From: Candidatus Marinacidobacterales bacterium
GTDB taxonomy: Bacteria; Acidobacteriota; Vicinamibacteria; Marinacidobacterales; SMYC01
DNA length: 64,000 bases
Reading direction: 5' to 3'
Assembly (NCBI GenBank): GCA_965237955.1
Contig: OZ250169.1
Span: 3,488,001 to 3,552,000 of the forward strand
Shown: one piece after another, positions 52,184-61,885 of the stretch
Numbering within the stretch: the first letter of the stretch is position 1
Layout of the letters: every line of letters begins with the position of its first letter
The notes under the pieces: model-generated
What the model saw: only the letters and a program-made list of their open reading frames with translations
Told to the model about the DNA's origin: nothing
Databases searched by the model: none
Program-made: the position numbers and the translations under genes

Positions 52184-53307
52184 CGAACCCCTACGAGCTC
52201 GACGTCTACGGAAAAAGGGGCATCACGCTGGTGCGCGGGCAGGGGACGCGCCTGTGGGACGACGCGGGCCGCGAATATCTCGATTGCATGAGCTCCCACG
52301 GTGCCGCCATCCTCGGCCACGCGCATCCTGCGATCGTCGAAGCGCTCTCGCGGCAGGCAGCCGAGCTCGTTTCCGCGCCGGGCGCTTTCCATCATCCCCA
52401 AAAGACGCGCTTGATGAAGCGTCTGGTGGAACTGGCACCGCGGGGACTCGCTCGCGTGTTCTTGTGCAACTCCGGAACGGAATCCATCGAGGCGGCCCTC
52501 AAGCTCGCGCGCGCGAGCACGGGGCGGAGCAAGATCGTCGCCGCGAAGCGCGGCTTTCACGGGCGGAGCTTCGGCGCGATGAGCGCCACGTTCAGCCCTA
52601 AACAGCACGCCTTGTTCGCGCCCGTTGTGCCAGATGTCGACTTCATCGCGTACAACAAGACAGAGAGCCTCGACGAGGCCTTGGACGATAACGTTGCCGC
52701 TCTCGTGTTGGAGCTCGTTCAGGGGGAGGGAGGCGTGCACGTTGCCGCGCACGACTTCGTTGCCCGTGCTGCCACGCTGTGTCGAGAGCGCGGAATCCTT
52801 CTCGTCATCGATGAAGTGCAGACCGGCTTCGGGCGCACTGGAAGACTGTTTGCGTGCGAGCACTACGGCCACGACGGCCACGACGTATTGACGCCCGACA
52901 TCTTGTGTCTCGCGAAGGGCATCGCCGCAGGGTTCCCCATGGGCGCCATCGTCGTCCGTGACGGGCTCGAGTTCCCGCCGGGCACGCACGGCTCGACGTT
53001 CGGTGGCAATCCGCTCGCGTGCGCGGTCGCGAACACGGTGCTCGACATCGTGACCGCCGACGGGTTTCTTCGGGAGGTGGAAGCGAACGGCGTCTACTTG
53101 AGAAGCAAGCTCTCCGGGGAAGTCCGCGGCCTCGGTCTCATGGTCGGTATCGAGCTCGGTGAGCGCGCTCGCCCCTATTTGGACCGCTTGGCCGAGCGCG
53201 GTGTTCTTGCGCTGACAGCAGGCAAGAAAGTCCTTCGACTCCTGCCGCCATTGATCATCACCCGCGACGAAATTGAGCGCGCGGCCGAAGCGGTCCGGAC
53301 TCTCTAA
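52180..53307 (+). CDS. lysJ: LysW-semialdehyde aminotransferase (LysJ/ArgD family)
   Basis: CNSGTESIEAALK, FHGRS, VQGEGG, DEVQTGFGRTG, LAKGIAAG, HGSTFGGNP. Confidence 0.9.
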   Translation: MTNPYELDVYGKRGITLVRGQGTRLWDDAGREYLDCMSSHGAAILGHAHPAIVEALSRQAAELVSAPGAFHHPQKTRLMKRLVELAPRGLARVFLCNSGTESIEAALKLARASTGRSKIVAAKRGFHGRSFGAMSATFSPKQHALFAPVVPDVDFIAYNKTESLDEALDDNVAALVLELVQGEGGVHVAAHDFVARAATLCRERGILLVIDEVQTGFGRTGRLFACEHYGHDGHDVLTPDILCLAKGIAAGFPMGAIVVRDGLEFPPGTHGSTFGGNPLACAVANTVLDIVTADGFLREVEANGVYLRSKLSGEVRGLGLMVGIELGERARPYLDRLAERGVLALTAGKKVLRLLPPLIITRDEIERAAEAVRTL

Positions 53308-53579
53308 GTCATCGCGGCGTCCGTGAAGAACTCGCGCAGATATACCATCGGAATCCCGGAGCGCTTCGAGACGGCTAAATGGCCGCTAAGAAACGCTTTT
53401 GCCGCCGTCTCCAGACCATACCGGACGCGTGGGCGCCGCGCCGATAGAGCGAAGGTAACGAGTAGAGCTGGCTGAAGTGGGAGCCTAACCTAACGGGTCC
53501 GAGCGGTCTCGGGGCTACGCCCGTTGCTCGCTCTGTGTAAGTGTCCGCCCGGACACTCGGGCGTCAACAAACGTTGACA

Positions 53580-53891
53580 CTAACACGACCGAGCGCAACC
53601 GTTTCCAAGCTCAGGGCTTGCGGAAAAGCTTAGTAGTTTTTCGGCTCCGCATGCCGAACACTTGAGCCGGGCAAAGCCCGCTTCCTCGGTTCCGCAATCT
53701 AGGTAGCGGGCGACGACGCTGTCCACAAAGCCGCGCCAGTAACCATATTTTTTCTCGAAGCGCTCCTCCCACAGAGCTTTCACATCCTCGTAGTACATCT
53801 CGAGGAGCTGATACAGGGGTGTGGCTCGGACATTGCGGGGACGGTACAGTCGAGGCGTCTCGACAGCAGCGGACGAGATGCCCAGGCCCAT
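53580..53891 (-). pseudogene. IS91/ISCR-like transposase, N-terminal zinc-binding fragment
   Basis: YRPR...LYQLL...YLDCG...GFARLKCSAC...LSFS, truncated before the second Cys cluster. Confidence 0.75.
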
Positions 53892-54468
53892 AGGGCCCGT
53901 TCATCGGCGAAGTCCATGCCATCGCGAGCTCGCCCGTCATTGCCAACTGCAAGCGCACTCCCATCATGGGGTTGAGGCGGATGCGTCTCGACGGGCAGTA
54001 GTGTCCGTCGGATTCTGGAGTACCGGAACAACAACTCTTCGCGACAAAGAGCTCCTCCCAACCCGACCCTCAACCTCCATTGACGCCTACCCGTTAACGA
54101 CACGCTCTTGCTGTGTCTTGAACCTCGTCAACAGGCTTCGATGCCCACGTACAGGCACCGCGTCGAACCTTTTGTCTCTCGCGATGCGTCCGGATGAATT
54201 CTAAACGCCTGCCTCGTGAGGCAATTTCCCCTTCCACGGACTGACCCGCGCGATACAAAGGGCTATCCGTTTCAGCCCGAGCGATTGCGCTGCGCTACGG
54301 ACGGAGCGGCCATTGGCCGGACTCCGATGGCGCACCCGAGCTGCCCGGATTAGACTTCCTCGGCGGTCATCCGGGAGCGAGCCCGGTTGATGGCCGAACG
54401 AGCGCGTGAACGAAGTGTGAGCGCGCGGTGATGGAGTTTCTTACCAACTACGAATTGGAGGCGTTACC

Positions 54469-55417
54469 ATGCCGAATCTTCCCGGACGTCCGTTGGATTA
54501 CGTGGGGGCCGCTCTCGCGATGCTCTCGATCGTCCTGGCCCTGGCAGCGACGACCGCCGCACAAGCTCGACTGGAGGTTTCCCCCGAGCACTATCAGAAT
54601 CTCCGTTACCGCTACATCGGCCCGGTGGGGAACCGGGTGGCCTCCGTGGCGGGTGTACCCGGGGATCCCGCTGACCTATTACGTCGGCGCCGCTTCAGGC
54701 GGCATCTGGAGGTCGAAGGACGGGGGCGAACACTGGCGCCCCGTCTTCGACGACCAGCCCGACCACTCCATCGGGGCGCTCGCGGTGGCGCCGTCGGATC
54801 CTAAGATCGTCTGGGCGGGCACGGGCGAGACGCACATCCGCTCGAACGTCTCCCTCGGCACCGGCGTCTACAAGTCCACCGACGGCGGTGAAACGTGGCA
54901 CCACATGGGTCTCGCCGGGCCGAGTCGCACCTCGCGGATCGTCATCCACCCGAAGAACTCGGACATCGTCTATGTGGCAGCGCTGGGACACTCGCACGGC
55001 CCGCAGGCCGAGCGAGGAGTCTTCCGCACGGAAGGACGGCGGTGAGACCTGGGAGCACGTGCTCTTCGTGGACGAGAACACGGGGGCCTCCAGCCTCGAG
55101 ATGGACTCGAACAACCCTCGTATCCTCTTCGCGGGGATGTGGCAGATCGAGATCCACACCTGGGGTCGCGAGAGCGGTGGAGCGGGCAGCGGGATCCACA
55201 TGTCGCGAGATGGCGGCGACACCTGGACCAAACTCGAGAGGAACGGTTTGCCAAAGCTGCCGGTGGGAAAGGTCGGCATCTGCTTGACTCCCGCGGACTC
55301 GGATCGGGTCTACGCCTTGATTGAGACGGGCGACGGCGTGCCCAGCCATGGACAGGAGACAGAGAGCGGCGAGCTATGGCGCTCGGACGACGGTGGTAAG
55401 AACTGGCAGCTCATAAC
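54469..55417 (+). pseudogene. VPS10/BNR-repeat glycosyl hydrolase N-terminus; two frameshifts, truncated by IS5
   Basis: YRYIGPVGNRV, GAASGGIWRSKDGG, WAGTGE, SxDGGxTW boxes spread over three frames. Confidence 0.8.
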
Positions 55418-56504
55418 TGCCTTGGTGCACAACTCCGATAGAGGCCGAGAGCTCGCTTGGCCCCGACTCCCATCATCCGATCATCTCGCTATCAGGCATC
55501 CCGAGCGCCGTCATCGTGTTGAGAATCTTGCACCCGATCCTTGCCTCGACTCTCTGTGCCGCCAACCCTCTCGCTCGCATCGCTGAGCCCACGATAGCCT
55601 TGTAGCGATGGAACGTTGTCTCGACTTTGATCCGTTTGCTGTAGCCCGATTCTGTGTGCCACTTTCGTTTGCCGAGCCGAGCTTGTGCTGCAATGTTGCG
55701 ATTGCGCTGTCGGCTGCTCGCCGGCCCCGATGCGAGCTGGGCGCCCTTGCGCGGCGGTATCAGCACCCTCGGCGAGCAATGAGCGCTGTGATTCTCGATC
55801 GCCTCATAGACGCCGCTGGCGTCGTATGCGGTGTCAGCTCTGGCCGATGAGATGGGACTGTCGATCTGTCCGACAAGCGATGCAACCCGCGATGAATCGC
55901 GGGCTCTTTTGCTCGTCAGCTCGCCGGCGACGACTTCGCCACGCTGCTCGTCGACACACAGATGGAGCTTGCGATAGTCCCTGCTCTTTGGTGCTCTGCG
56001 CAGCTGGCCGGCGTGGACAGCGAGACCGCTGCTGTCGATCAAGATGTGCAACGGCGTCTTGTGCTTGTCTTGGTAGAAGGGGACCTTACCCAGCTTCGCC
56101 TTGCGCCTCGAGATCGTGGTGTGATCGGGCACATCATTGTCTAGCTTCATCAGAGCGAACAACGATCGCAGCAATCCCTCGCTCTGCCTAGATGACAGAT
56201 GAAACACCATGCCCAGGGTGACAGCCGTCTCGATGGCGTGGTTCGAGTACTTGCGTTGACGGCCCGGTTTCCTCCTCCTCGGCCGGGGCGCGTCCCAGTT
56301 CACAAGCTTGCCGGCGGTGAGCGAGATCCAGACGGTCAGGCTCCCACGGTTGCGTAGACCCGCCTCATATTCACGCCAATTCCTCACGCGATAGGCCTTC
56401 TTCACATACTTCCGCTGAGTGCGTTTGAAAATGCTCATGGGGAACCTCGAATCCGTGAGTAAAGGACAATTGTGGACCGAGATCGCGAGTTGTGCACCAA
56501 GGCA
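55418..56504 (-). mobile_element. IS5-family element, copy 2
   Basis: Same 18-bp IR and 1087-bp length as copy 1; a few substitutions. Confidence 0.92.
55473..56438 (-). CDS. IS5-family transposase
   Basis: Nearly identical to 34071-35036. Confidence 0.92.
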   Translation of the reverse strand: MSIFKRTQRKYVKKAYRVRNWREYEAGLRNRGSLTVWISLTAGKLVNWDAPRPRRRKPGRQRKYSNHAIETAVTLGMVFHLSSRQSEGLLRSLFALMKLDNDVPDHTTISRRKAKLGKVPFYQDKHKTPLHILIDSSGLAVHAGQLRRAPKSRDYRKLHLCVDEQRGEVVAGELTSKRARDSSRVASLVGQIDSPISSARADTAYDASGVYEAIENHSAHCSPRVLIPPRKGAQLASGPASSRQRNRNIAAQARLGKRKWHTESGYSKRIKVETTFHRYKAIVGSAMRARGLAAQRVEARIGCKILNTMTALGMPDSEMIG

Positions 56505-56827
56505 ACGGTGTGGTGCAACGCAGAATGTTCGTTGCCGTGGCGACGATATCTGTGATCGTCCTGGCATGCATGGGAAGCCCGCCAGATAAGCCAAAAACTC
56601 CGGCCGATGTGTTTATGGAAACGTTTGCGTGGAGGGACATGGAAACGATAGAGGTTTTTCAAGATCGGTTCCCATCAGGAGTGTTTTTCAGGCATGAAAG
56701 CCGTCGAGGGGAGACGCGGGAGTTGAGGGCAAACTTTCCTGGCGGAGGCACAATCGTTTTGTTGGCGCGTCCGTGCAGCCCAATCGCTGGATCAGGACTC
56801 TGTGTCTGGACGGTTGACGTTGAATGA
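56505..56827 (+). CDS. Hypothetical lipoprotein-like ORF abutting IS5 end
   Basis: Hydrophobic stretch ending in VLAC; no recognised domain. Confidence 0.3.
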
Positions 56828-56918
56828 GATGAACCAATCCCAGATCGTCCGGTTGGCCCCGTCCTGTGCCAAAACTCGGCCCTATTGAAATAGACCATAA
56901 ATCAGCAGCTTAGTGTCT

Positions 56919-56981
56919 ATGGTGCGCTCCCGTGAACGGCTTGGCGGGTTGCTACGTTTCTACCATCGGGAAGCCGCATGA
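56919..56981 (+). pseudogene. C-terminal remnant of integrase-core (rve) transposase
   Basis: Translates to RSRERLGGLLRFYHREAA*, a characteristic transposase C-terminus. Confidence 0.55.
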
Positions 56982-57277
56982 GTATTTTGACCTCACGGGG
57001 ACTTACGGGTGCGAAGCTCACTGCCCGCAGCTCGCCCCGCAGCCGATTTGAGCCAGCCGTGCGTACCCCCGGTGGGCCTGTCGCTCGCCACCCGCAGCCC
57101 AGGGGTCGGAAGCCAGCCCTGCGGCGCGAAATACCCTCGATTCTGCGCGGATTCCAACTCATCCAAGCGTAAGTCCTTAATTTCCTGGGCGGAGCAGTTT
57201 TGACGATGCACAACATCTCAGCTCACGTCAAGGCTACGATTTAGAGAAAAGGTATATTTTCTATACTATAATAGCTC

Positions 57278-57541
57278 ATGCCATTTGAGTATGATCCCGC
57301 CAAAAGCGCCAGGAACAAGGCCAAGCATGGCATCAACTTTGATGAAGCCCAGGTGCTTTGGAAAGATGATCGGATGCTGGAAGCTCCGGCAAAAACCGAT
57401 GACGAGCCGCGTTTTCTGGTGATCGGAAAGATTGGCGAAAACCACTGGGCCGCCGTCTGCGCTCATCGTGGGGACAATGTGCGGATCATCTCGGTGCGGC
57501 GCGCCAGGAAACAGGAGATCGATCACTATGAAAGCAAATGA
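57278..57541 (+). CDS. brnT: BrnT family toxin
   Basis: FEYDPAKSARNKAKHGINFDEA...EPRF...RIISVRRA. Confidence 0.93.
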   Translation: MPFEYDPAKSARNKAKHGINFDEAQVLWKDDRMLEAPAKTDDEPRFLVIGKIGENHWAAVCAHRGDNVRIISVRRARKQEIDHYESK

Positions 57542-57743
57542 GTTCGACCGGAAATTTGATGCAGGAGAGGATGTTAGCGACCATGTCGACTGGTCGAAAG
57601 CAAAGCGCCCGAATGTGCAGGTAAGGCGGGTGAATGTGGACTTCCCGGCATGGGTTGTTGACGGGCTGGACCGTCACGCGCGGCACCTTGGCGTGACCCG
57701 ACAAGCGCTTATCAAGTTGTGGATCGCTGAACGGCTACAGTGA
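57528..57743 (+). CDS. brnA: BrnA/CopG-like RHH antitoxin
   Basis: MKANEFDRKFDAGED...RVNVDFP...GVTRQALIKLWIAERL; overlaps the toxin gene. Confidence 0.88.
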   Translation: MKANEFDRKFDAGEDVSDHVDWSKAKRPNVQVRRVNVDFPAWVVDGLDRHARHLGVTRQALIKLWIAERLQ

Positions 57744-57961
57744 GGCGACGTCCGAAGCTTTGCCACCAACATACTAGGAAGTCAGCTCACCTGAGTCGGC
57801 TGACTCGTTCGACGCCAACTTGGCAGTACCGGTCGAAGCGTTGCGCGCCGGTCAAGGGACACACATTTCGCTAAGCCACCTGATGAAAGACTTGCCTCGG
57901 CCAGCCTATCTGTCCAGAATGTTGCGCCCCTGATTTCTTGGACAGAACGAGCCCACCATAA

Positions 57962-58852
57962 TCAAGCAGCCGGTTCGAGCGCAAGACGTTCTCGCGCCTG
58001 AATCGGAGATTGAAATCCAAGGCGCTCGATCAACCAGGATCGGTTGTAGAGAGCGCGGAACTCCTGAAGGGCGTGAACCAGTTCCGGTATGGAACGGAAG
58101 TGGCGAACCCAGAGCAATTGTTCCTTGAGCGTTTTGAAAAAACGTTCGATGCAGCCGTTGCCCTCGGGTTCACGGACGAAGGCGGGCGAGAACTCGATCC
58201 CGAGGAACCGGATTTCGTTCTGAAAGTCATCGCTCATGAACTGCGATCCGTGATCGTGGCGAAGCTGGAGTCCTGTCGCGCCATGGGCGTGAAAGCCACC
58301 GAAGTGCTCGTTAACGCCTTGCCGGATCGGGTCCAGGGCCTCAAAACGAGTCGCCCGTTTGACCGCATGGATGCCGACACACTCCGCAGTGCAATGATCG
58401 ACTGCGGCGAACACGGTGACCTGGCCCTCCTCGATCGTCACGGTGGCCGTGGCGTCAATGCCCCACATCTGATTCGGGCGCTCGGTCACGATGGTTCCGG
58501 TATGCACCTTCTCGGCGACGGGCGCCGCTTGCCGCTGGGGCGCCAGCAGCTGCGCGTCCCGCATCAAGCGCAGGACCCGGGCCTTCGAGGTCCGGACACC
58601 CGCGATCCGGAGCCGGGCCCAGAATTTACGATGGCCTTCTCCGGTAAACGGCGAGGCCGCGATCTCCTGCCGGAGCCGTTCGGTCAGTTCCTTGTCGCTG
58701 AACGCGGTCTTCGGTCCGCGCTTGCGTGCCTCGAGCGGATTGTGCCGCCGAGTCCGTTGCCAATAGTACGTCGACCGGGGCACGCCCCAGGCCCCCAAGA
58801 CACGGGCCAGACCATACGGCGTTCCGGTGGAGGGCGACTTGGTCCGGCTCAT
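57962..58852 (-). CDS. IS3-family transposase OrfB (integrase core)
   Basis: PNQMWGID, RHDHGSQF, NGCIERFFKTLKE. Confidence 0.9.
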   Translation of the reverse strand: MSRTKSPSTGTPYGLARVLGAWGVPRSTYYWQRTRRHNPLEARKRGPKTAFSDKELTERLRQEIAASPFTGEGHRKFWARLRIAGVRTSKARVLRLMRDAQLLAPQRQAAPVAEKVHTGTIVTERPNQMWGIDATATVTIEEGQVTVFAAVDHCTAECVGIHAVKRATRFEALDPIRQGVNEHFGGFHAHGATGLQLRHDHGSQFMSDDFQNEIRFLGIEFSPAFVREPEGNGCIERFFKTLKEQLLWVRHFRSIPELVHALQEFRALYNRSWLIERLGFQSPIQARERLALEPAA

Positions 58853-59223
58853 CTGTTCGACCTCCATCGTAGAAAAGGGTTCTCATCCTCCAGCTGCCGG
58901 ATGCGTTCCTTCAACAGATCGTTGTCCATCACCAGACCGGTCACTGCGGACTTCAGCGTCTTCTTCTCCTCGTCCGCCACCTCCCTCGTCCGGCTCTTCA
59001 GCCCGTCCTCGCCTCCTTGCAGAAACGCATCGCGCCAACTCGTCACCGCGTACTTCCGGCTCGTCGCCTCCAGTTCGACGCCACGCATTAGCTCTAGCAC
59101 CACCGTTACCTTCCGCCGGGCCGACCAACGGACCTTCCCGCGTCGCGCTGAATCCGGGGCCGCTTCGGTCGCCCTACGGGCTCCTTGCGCCGCCCTCGAT
59201 TCTATATTTCTTCCTCTGGACAT
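58849..59223 (-). CDS. IS3-family OrfA (HTH)
   Basis: RWSARRKVTVVLELMRG...WRDAFL; ATGA overlap with orfB. Confidence 0.8.
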   Translation of the reverse strand: MSRGRNIESRAAQGARRATEAAPDSARRGKVRWSARRKVTVVLELMRGVELEATSRKYAVTSWRDAFLQGGEDGLKSRTREVADEEKKTLKSAVTGLVMDNDLLKERIRQLEDENPFLRWRSNR

Positions 59224-59284
59224 CGTGATCCTCCTGTTCGGTATTCTCTCAAATCACTGTCCAAAGAAATTGTGGGGCGGGGGA

Positions 59285-59584
59285 ATGAAGATTACTGTCA
59301 AGGATAACCGGCTCATTAAGTACATTCTGACGCTCGCCGGAGAGGTCGAAGACGAGCTGTTCGTCTCGGAAGTGGTGAACGAGGAACTCTACGATTTGAT
59401 CGAGGACCCCGGCGAGCAGAAGAACTCGCTTCCCGAGAGGACCACCGATATCGGCCCGTTGCGCCGCGATGCCCTCTTTTTACTGGAAACGGCCCGGACC
59501 CTACAGGCCAAGCGACGGGGCCAGGAAGTCGTTCTGGATGAAGGGCTCTCGGAGCGCCTCAAGGCCCTGGGCTATATCAATTAG
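59285..59584 (+). pseudogene. Sulfatase-like C-terminal fragment
   Basis: EELYDLIEDPGEQKN and ERLKALGYI; 5' part cut off by IS3. Confidence 0.7.
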
Positions 59585-59733
59585 TCATGCGCGGTCTGCC
59601 GTGACCGGAACGCTTTCCAGCTCTCATCGCTCCCTGAAACGGCGGAGTTTCGTCGAACTGGCCCTTGGATCACGCTGGCTCGGCTCCACGTTCGGCTTCC
59701 ACGAACATACTGCTATGGCCATGGGCGGTAGGT

Positions 59734-59870
59734 TGCTTCCGCCATCAAGTGTTGGTGATATGACGCTAAGACTTTACGGTGCATTAAGTTACAGCCACAA
59801 TATCGCTCGTGACCTTCGCTGCGCGCTAAATGGAGCGTAAGCGCCTCTTTGGTGCTTCCGCCATCAAGTG
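59734..59870 (+). repeat. Two copies of TGCTTCCGCCATCAAGTG(TTG) motif (attC-half-like); second copy is the IS110 target
   Basis: Exact 18-nt repeat at 59734 and 59853; reverse-complement variants at ~61628 and ~61867. Confidence 0.7.
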
Positions 59871-59951
59871 ATGGAATGGACTCCTCCGCTGACATAGACG
59901 GCATCGATGTGCCAAAGTCAGTCGAATACGCATCGAAAAGGAGGAGTCCGA

Positions 59952-60984
59952 ATGAAAGATACGACGATCGCTGTGGATCTTGCAAAGAACGTCTTCGAGA
60001 TTGCCATCTCGGGAGAAGCGGGGAAGGTGTCCAAGCAACTCCGTGTGAGTCGACCCAAGTTGGTGTCGTTTTTTTGCCAAACAGAGCGCTGCCACCGTGC
60101 TTCTCGAAGCCTGCGGCTCTGCTCACTTCTGGGCAAGGACGTTCCGAAGGTTGGGACACGACGTCGTCCTGCTCCCACCTCACCTCGTGAGGCCCTATCG
60201 ACGCGGGAGCAAGAACGACCGCGCCGACGCCAAAGCGTTGCTCGAGGCCTACAGGAACGAGGAGATTCTTCCCGTGCCCATCAAGTCCGTGCACCAGCAC
60301 AGCCTCGCCGCGCTCCATCGCCTGCGCTCAGGATGGCTCTCCACACGGACCGCACGCATCAATGCCGTACGCGGGATCCTGCGCGAACTCGGATTCATCA
60401 TCCCAAAGGGCGCTCACTTCGTCGTGCCCGCCCTCTTCGAACTCGTCGAAGACGCTGATTCTGATTTGCCCGACGTGCTCCGTTCGCATCTCCGTGATGC
60501 CTGCTCCGAGATTCGAGAACTCAAGGACAAGTGCGCTGGCATCGAGCACGAGCTCAAGGCGCTCACCAAGCAGCTTCCTGAAGTCCAACGACTTCTCGCC
60601 ATTCCCGGCATCGGACTTCTGACCGCGACCGCCATCGTGGGCTTCGTCGGCGATCTTCGCCGCTTCCCATCGGGGCGCCGCTTCTCGAGCTACCTCGGCC
60701 TGGTTCCCAAGGAAAACTCCAGTGGCGACATTCGCCGCTTCGGACGCATCACCAAGCGTGGCGACTCCTACGTCCGTATGCTCCTCACCCAGGGCGGGCG
60801 CGCCGTGCTCCGCGCGGCGAACGTCAGTAAGAGCCCGCCCGACAAGCTCCGCGCCTGGGCTCGGAAGGTCCACCGCTCGCGGGGACACAACAAGGCCGTG
60901 ATTGCTGTCGCCAACAAACTCGCCCGGATCGTCTGGGCCGTCTCCACCCGCGAGAGTGAATTCCAGTCGCCCGTGGCCGCTTAG
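59952..60984 (+). CDS. IS110 transposase/recombinase (DEDD + Tnp20); +1 frameshift in T7 run at ~60069-60075
   Basis: AVDLAKNVF, LEACG, KNDRADA, IPGIG, SYLGLVPKENSSG, AVANKLAR. Confidence 0.9.
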
Positions 60985-61029
60985 ACTTAGAGGCTCCACT
61001 TTCGTGTTTTCCTTTTTCCCTTCCAAAAG

Positions 61030-61215
61030 AGGCTGCGACGATACCCATCCAACTGATGGCGTACCGGTCGGACCGGCGCGGGGTCAAGCCGATAGCAACA
61101 CTGGCCCTAAGAGGTCGTTCAAAGTGATTGGCTCCTCGCGCGCGGATTTTCCATCATGGCCCGGAGCACCCAAGACGCTCCTCACTGAGGCCGAAGATAC
61201 GTTTGCAGTCTGACC
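61030..61215 (+). ncRNA. Putative bridge/seek RNA of the IS1111-type element
   Basis: Contains ATAGCAACACT (reverse complement of reconstituted target) and TTCCATCAT (reverse complement of circle junction); boundaries estimated. Confidence 0.65.
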
Positions 61216-61321
61216 CATTCGTCACGACGCGATGGATACGCAGCTTCGATGGAAGATTTATTAAGAAAGGGGCTTGACTAGAGGAGTCCAGATATGTTGC
61301 TATGCCGTGTTTGAATGCTAG

Positions 61322-61446
61322 TCCCCTGTATCAGAACAAACTAGATAAAGCAGAGCTTGCCGAAACCATTCTAAGTGCATGAATCTTATGAATCTTATGG
61401 GCTGGCGAAAAGCCTAACTTTGTATAGTAATCAAAGATCCAGGGGA
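61322..61446. mobile_element. 125-bp MITE-like insertion with CTAG target duplication
   Basis: CTAG|TCCCCTGTATC...GATCCAGGGGA|CTAG; the sister repeat has a single CTAG at the same position. Confidence 0.75.
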
Positions 61447-61885
61447 CTAGTGTCAGCTGGTCTGCCTGTGTCGGCGAACGCCATTAATTAAGGATGTCGG
61501 CGTGCACACGAAGGTGTCCCTGAACGTCAGGCACCGTGTGGTCAGCCCAGCCCGCATCGCCGAAAGAACTGCGTCTCTCGAAATCAGGCTCAAACTCTAG
61601 CACACGAGCGGGTTACGCGGCAGCCACCAACACTTGATTGCGGAAGCACCTCAAGTGTTGCTACCCCGCTAGAGGCATTTGAATGCTAGTGTCAGTTGGT
61701 CTGCGTGTGCTGGCGAACGCCATTAATTAAGGATGTCGGCGTGCACGCGAAGTTGTCTCTGAAAGTCAGGCACCGCGTGGTCAGCCCAGCCTGCATCGCC
61801 GAAAGAACTGCGTCTCTCGAGATCAGGCTCAAACTCTAGCACGCGAGCGGGTTACGCGGCTGCCGCCAACACTTGATTGCGGAAC
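61447..61885. repeat. Two tandem ORF-less units (239-bp period), each ending in an attC-like motif
   Basis: 61447-61646 and 61686-61885 are highly similar; each ends in CCRCCAACACTTGATTGCGGAA. Confidence 0.8.

Larger units (their letters stand above)
57920..59284 (-). mobile_element. IS3-family element (orfA + orfB), ends approximate
   Basis: Imperfect IRs cgcccctgatttcttggacag / ctgtccaaagaaattgtggggcg; two coupled ORFs. Confidence 0.8.
59871..61296 (+). mobile_element. IS110 family, IS1111-type element
   Basis: Subterminal IRs TGGACTCCTC (59877) / GAGGAGTCCA (61281); TG core at both ends; long 3' non-coding region. Confidence 0.88.

Noticed and set aside
53484-53590. attC-like site after lysJ (CCTAAC...GTTGAC)
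   Set aside because: Small hairpins are present, but no convincing paired L/R box structure could be built by eye.
57917-59287. GAATG as 5-bp duplication around IS3
   Set aside because: It depends on the end assignment; if the element starts at TG (57920) the duplication disappears, so it is not asserted.
58010-59584. 524-aa plus-strand ORF
   Set aside because: It is the antisense frame of the IS3 element running into a sulfatase fragment; only the last ~100 codons look real.
60060-60080. Programmed frameshift in IS110 transposase at T7 run
   Set aside because: IS110 transposases are single ORFs; one extra T in a homopolymer is better explained by error or mutation.
61054-61061. TGATGGCG complementary to left target CGCCATCA
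   Set aside because: Only 8 nt, and it appears to lie in scaffold sequence outside the likely guide loops; may be chance.
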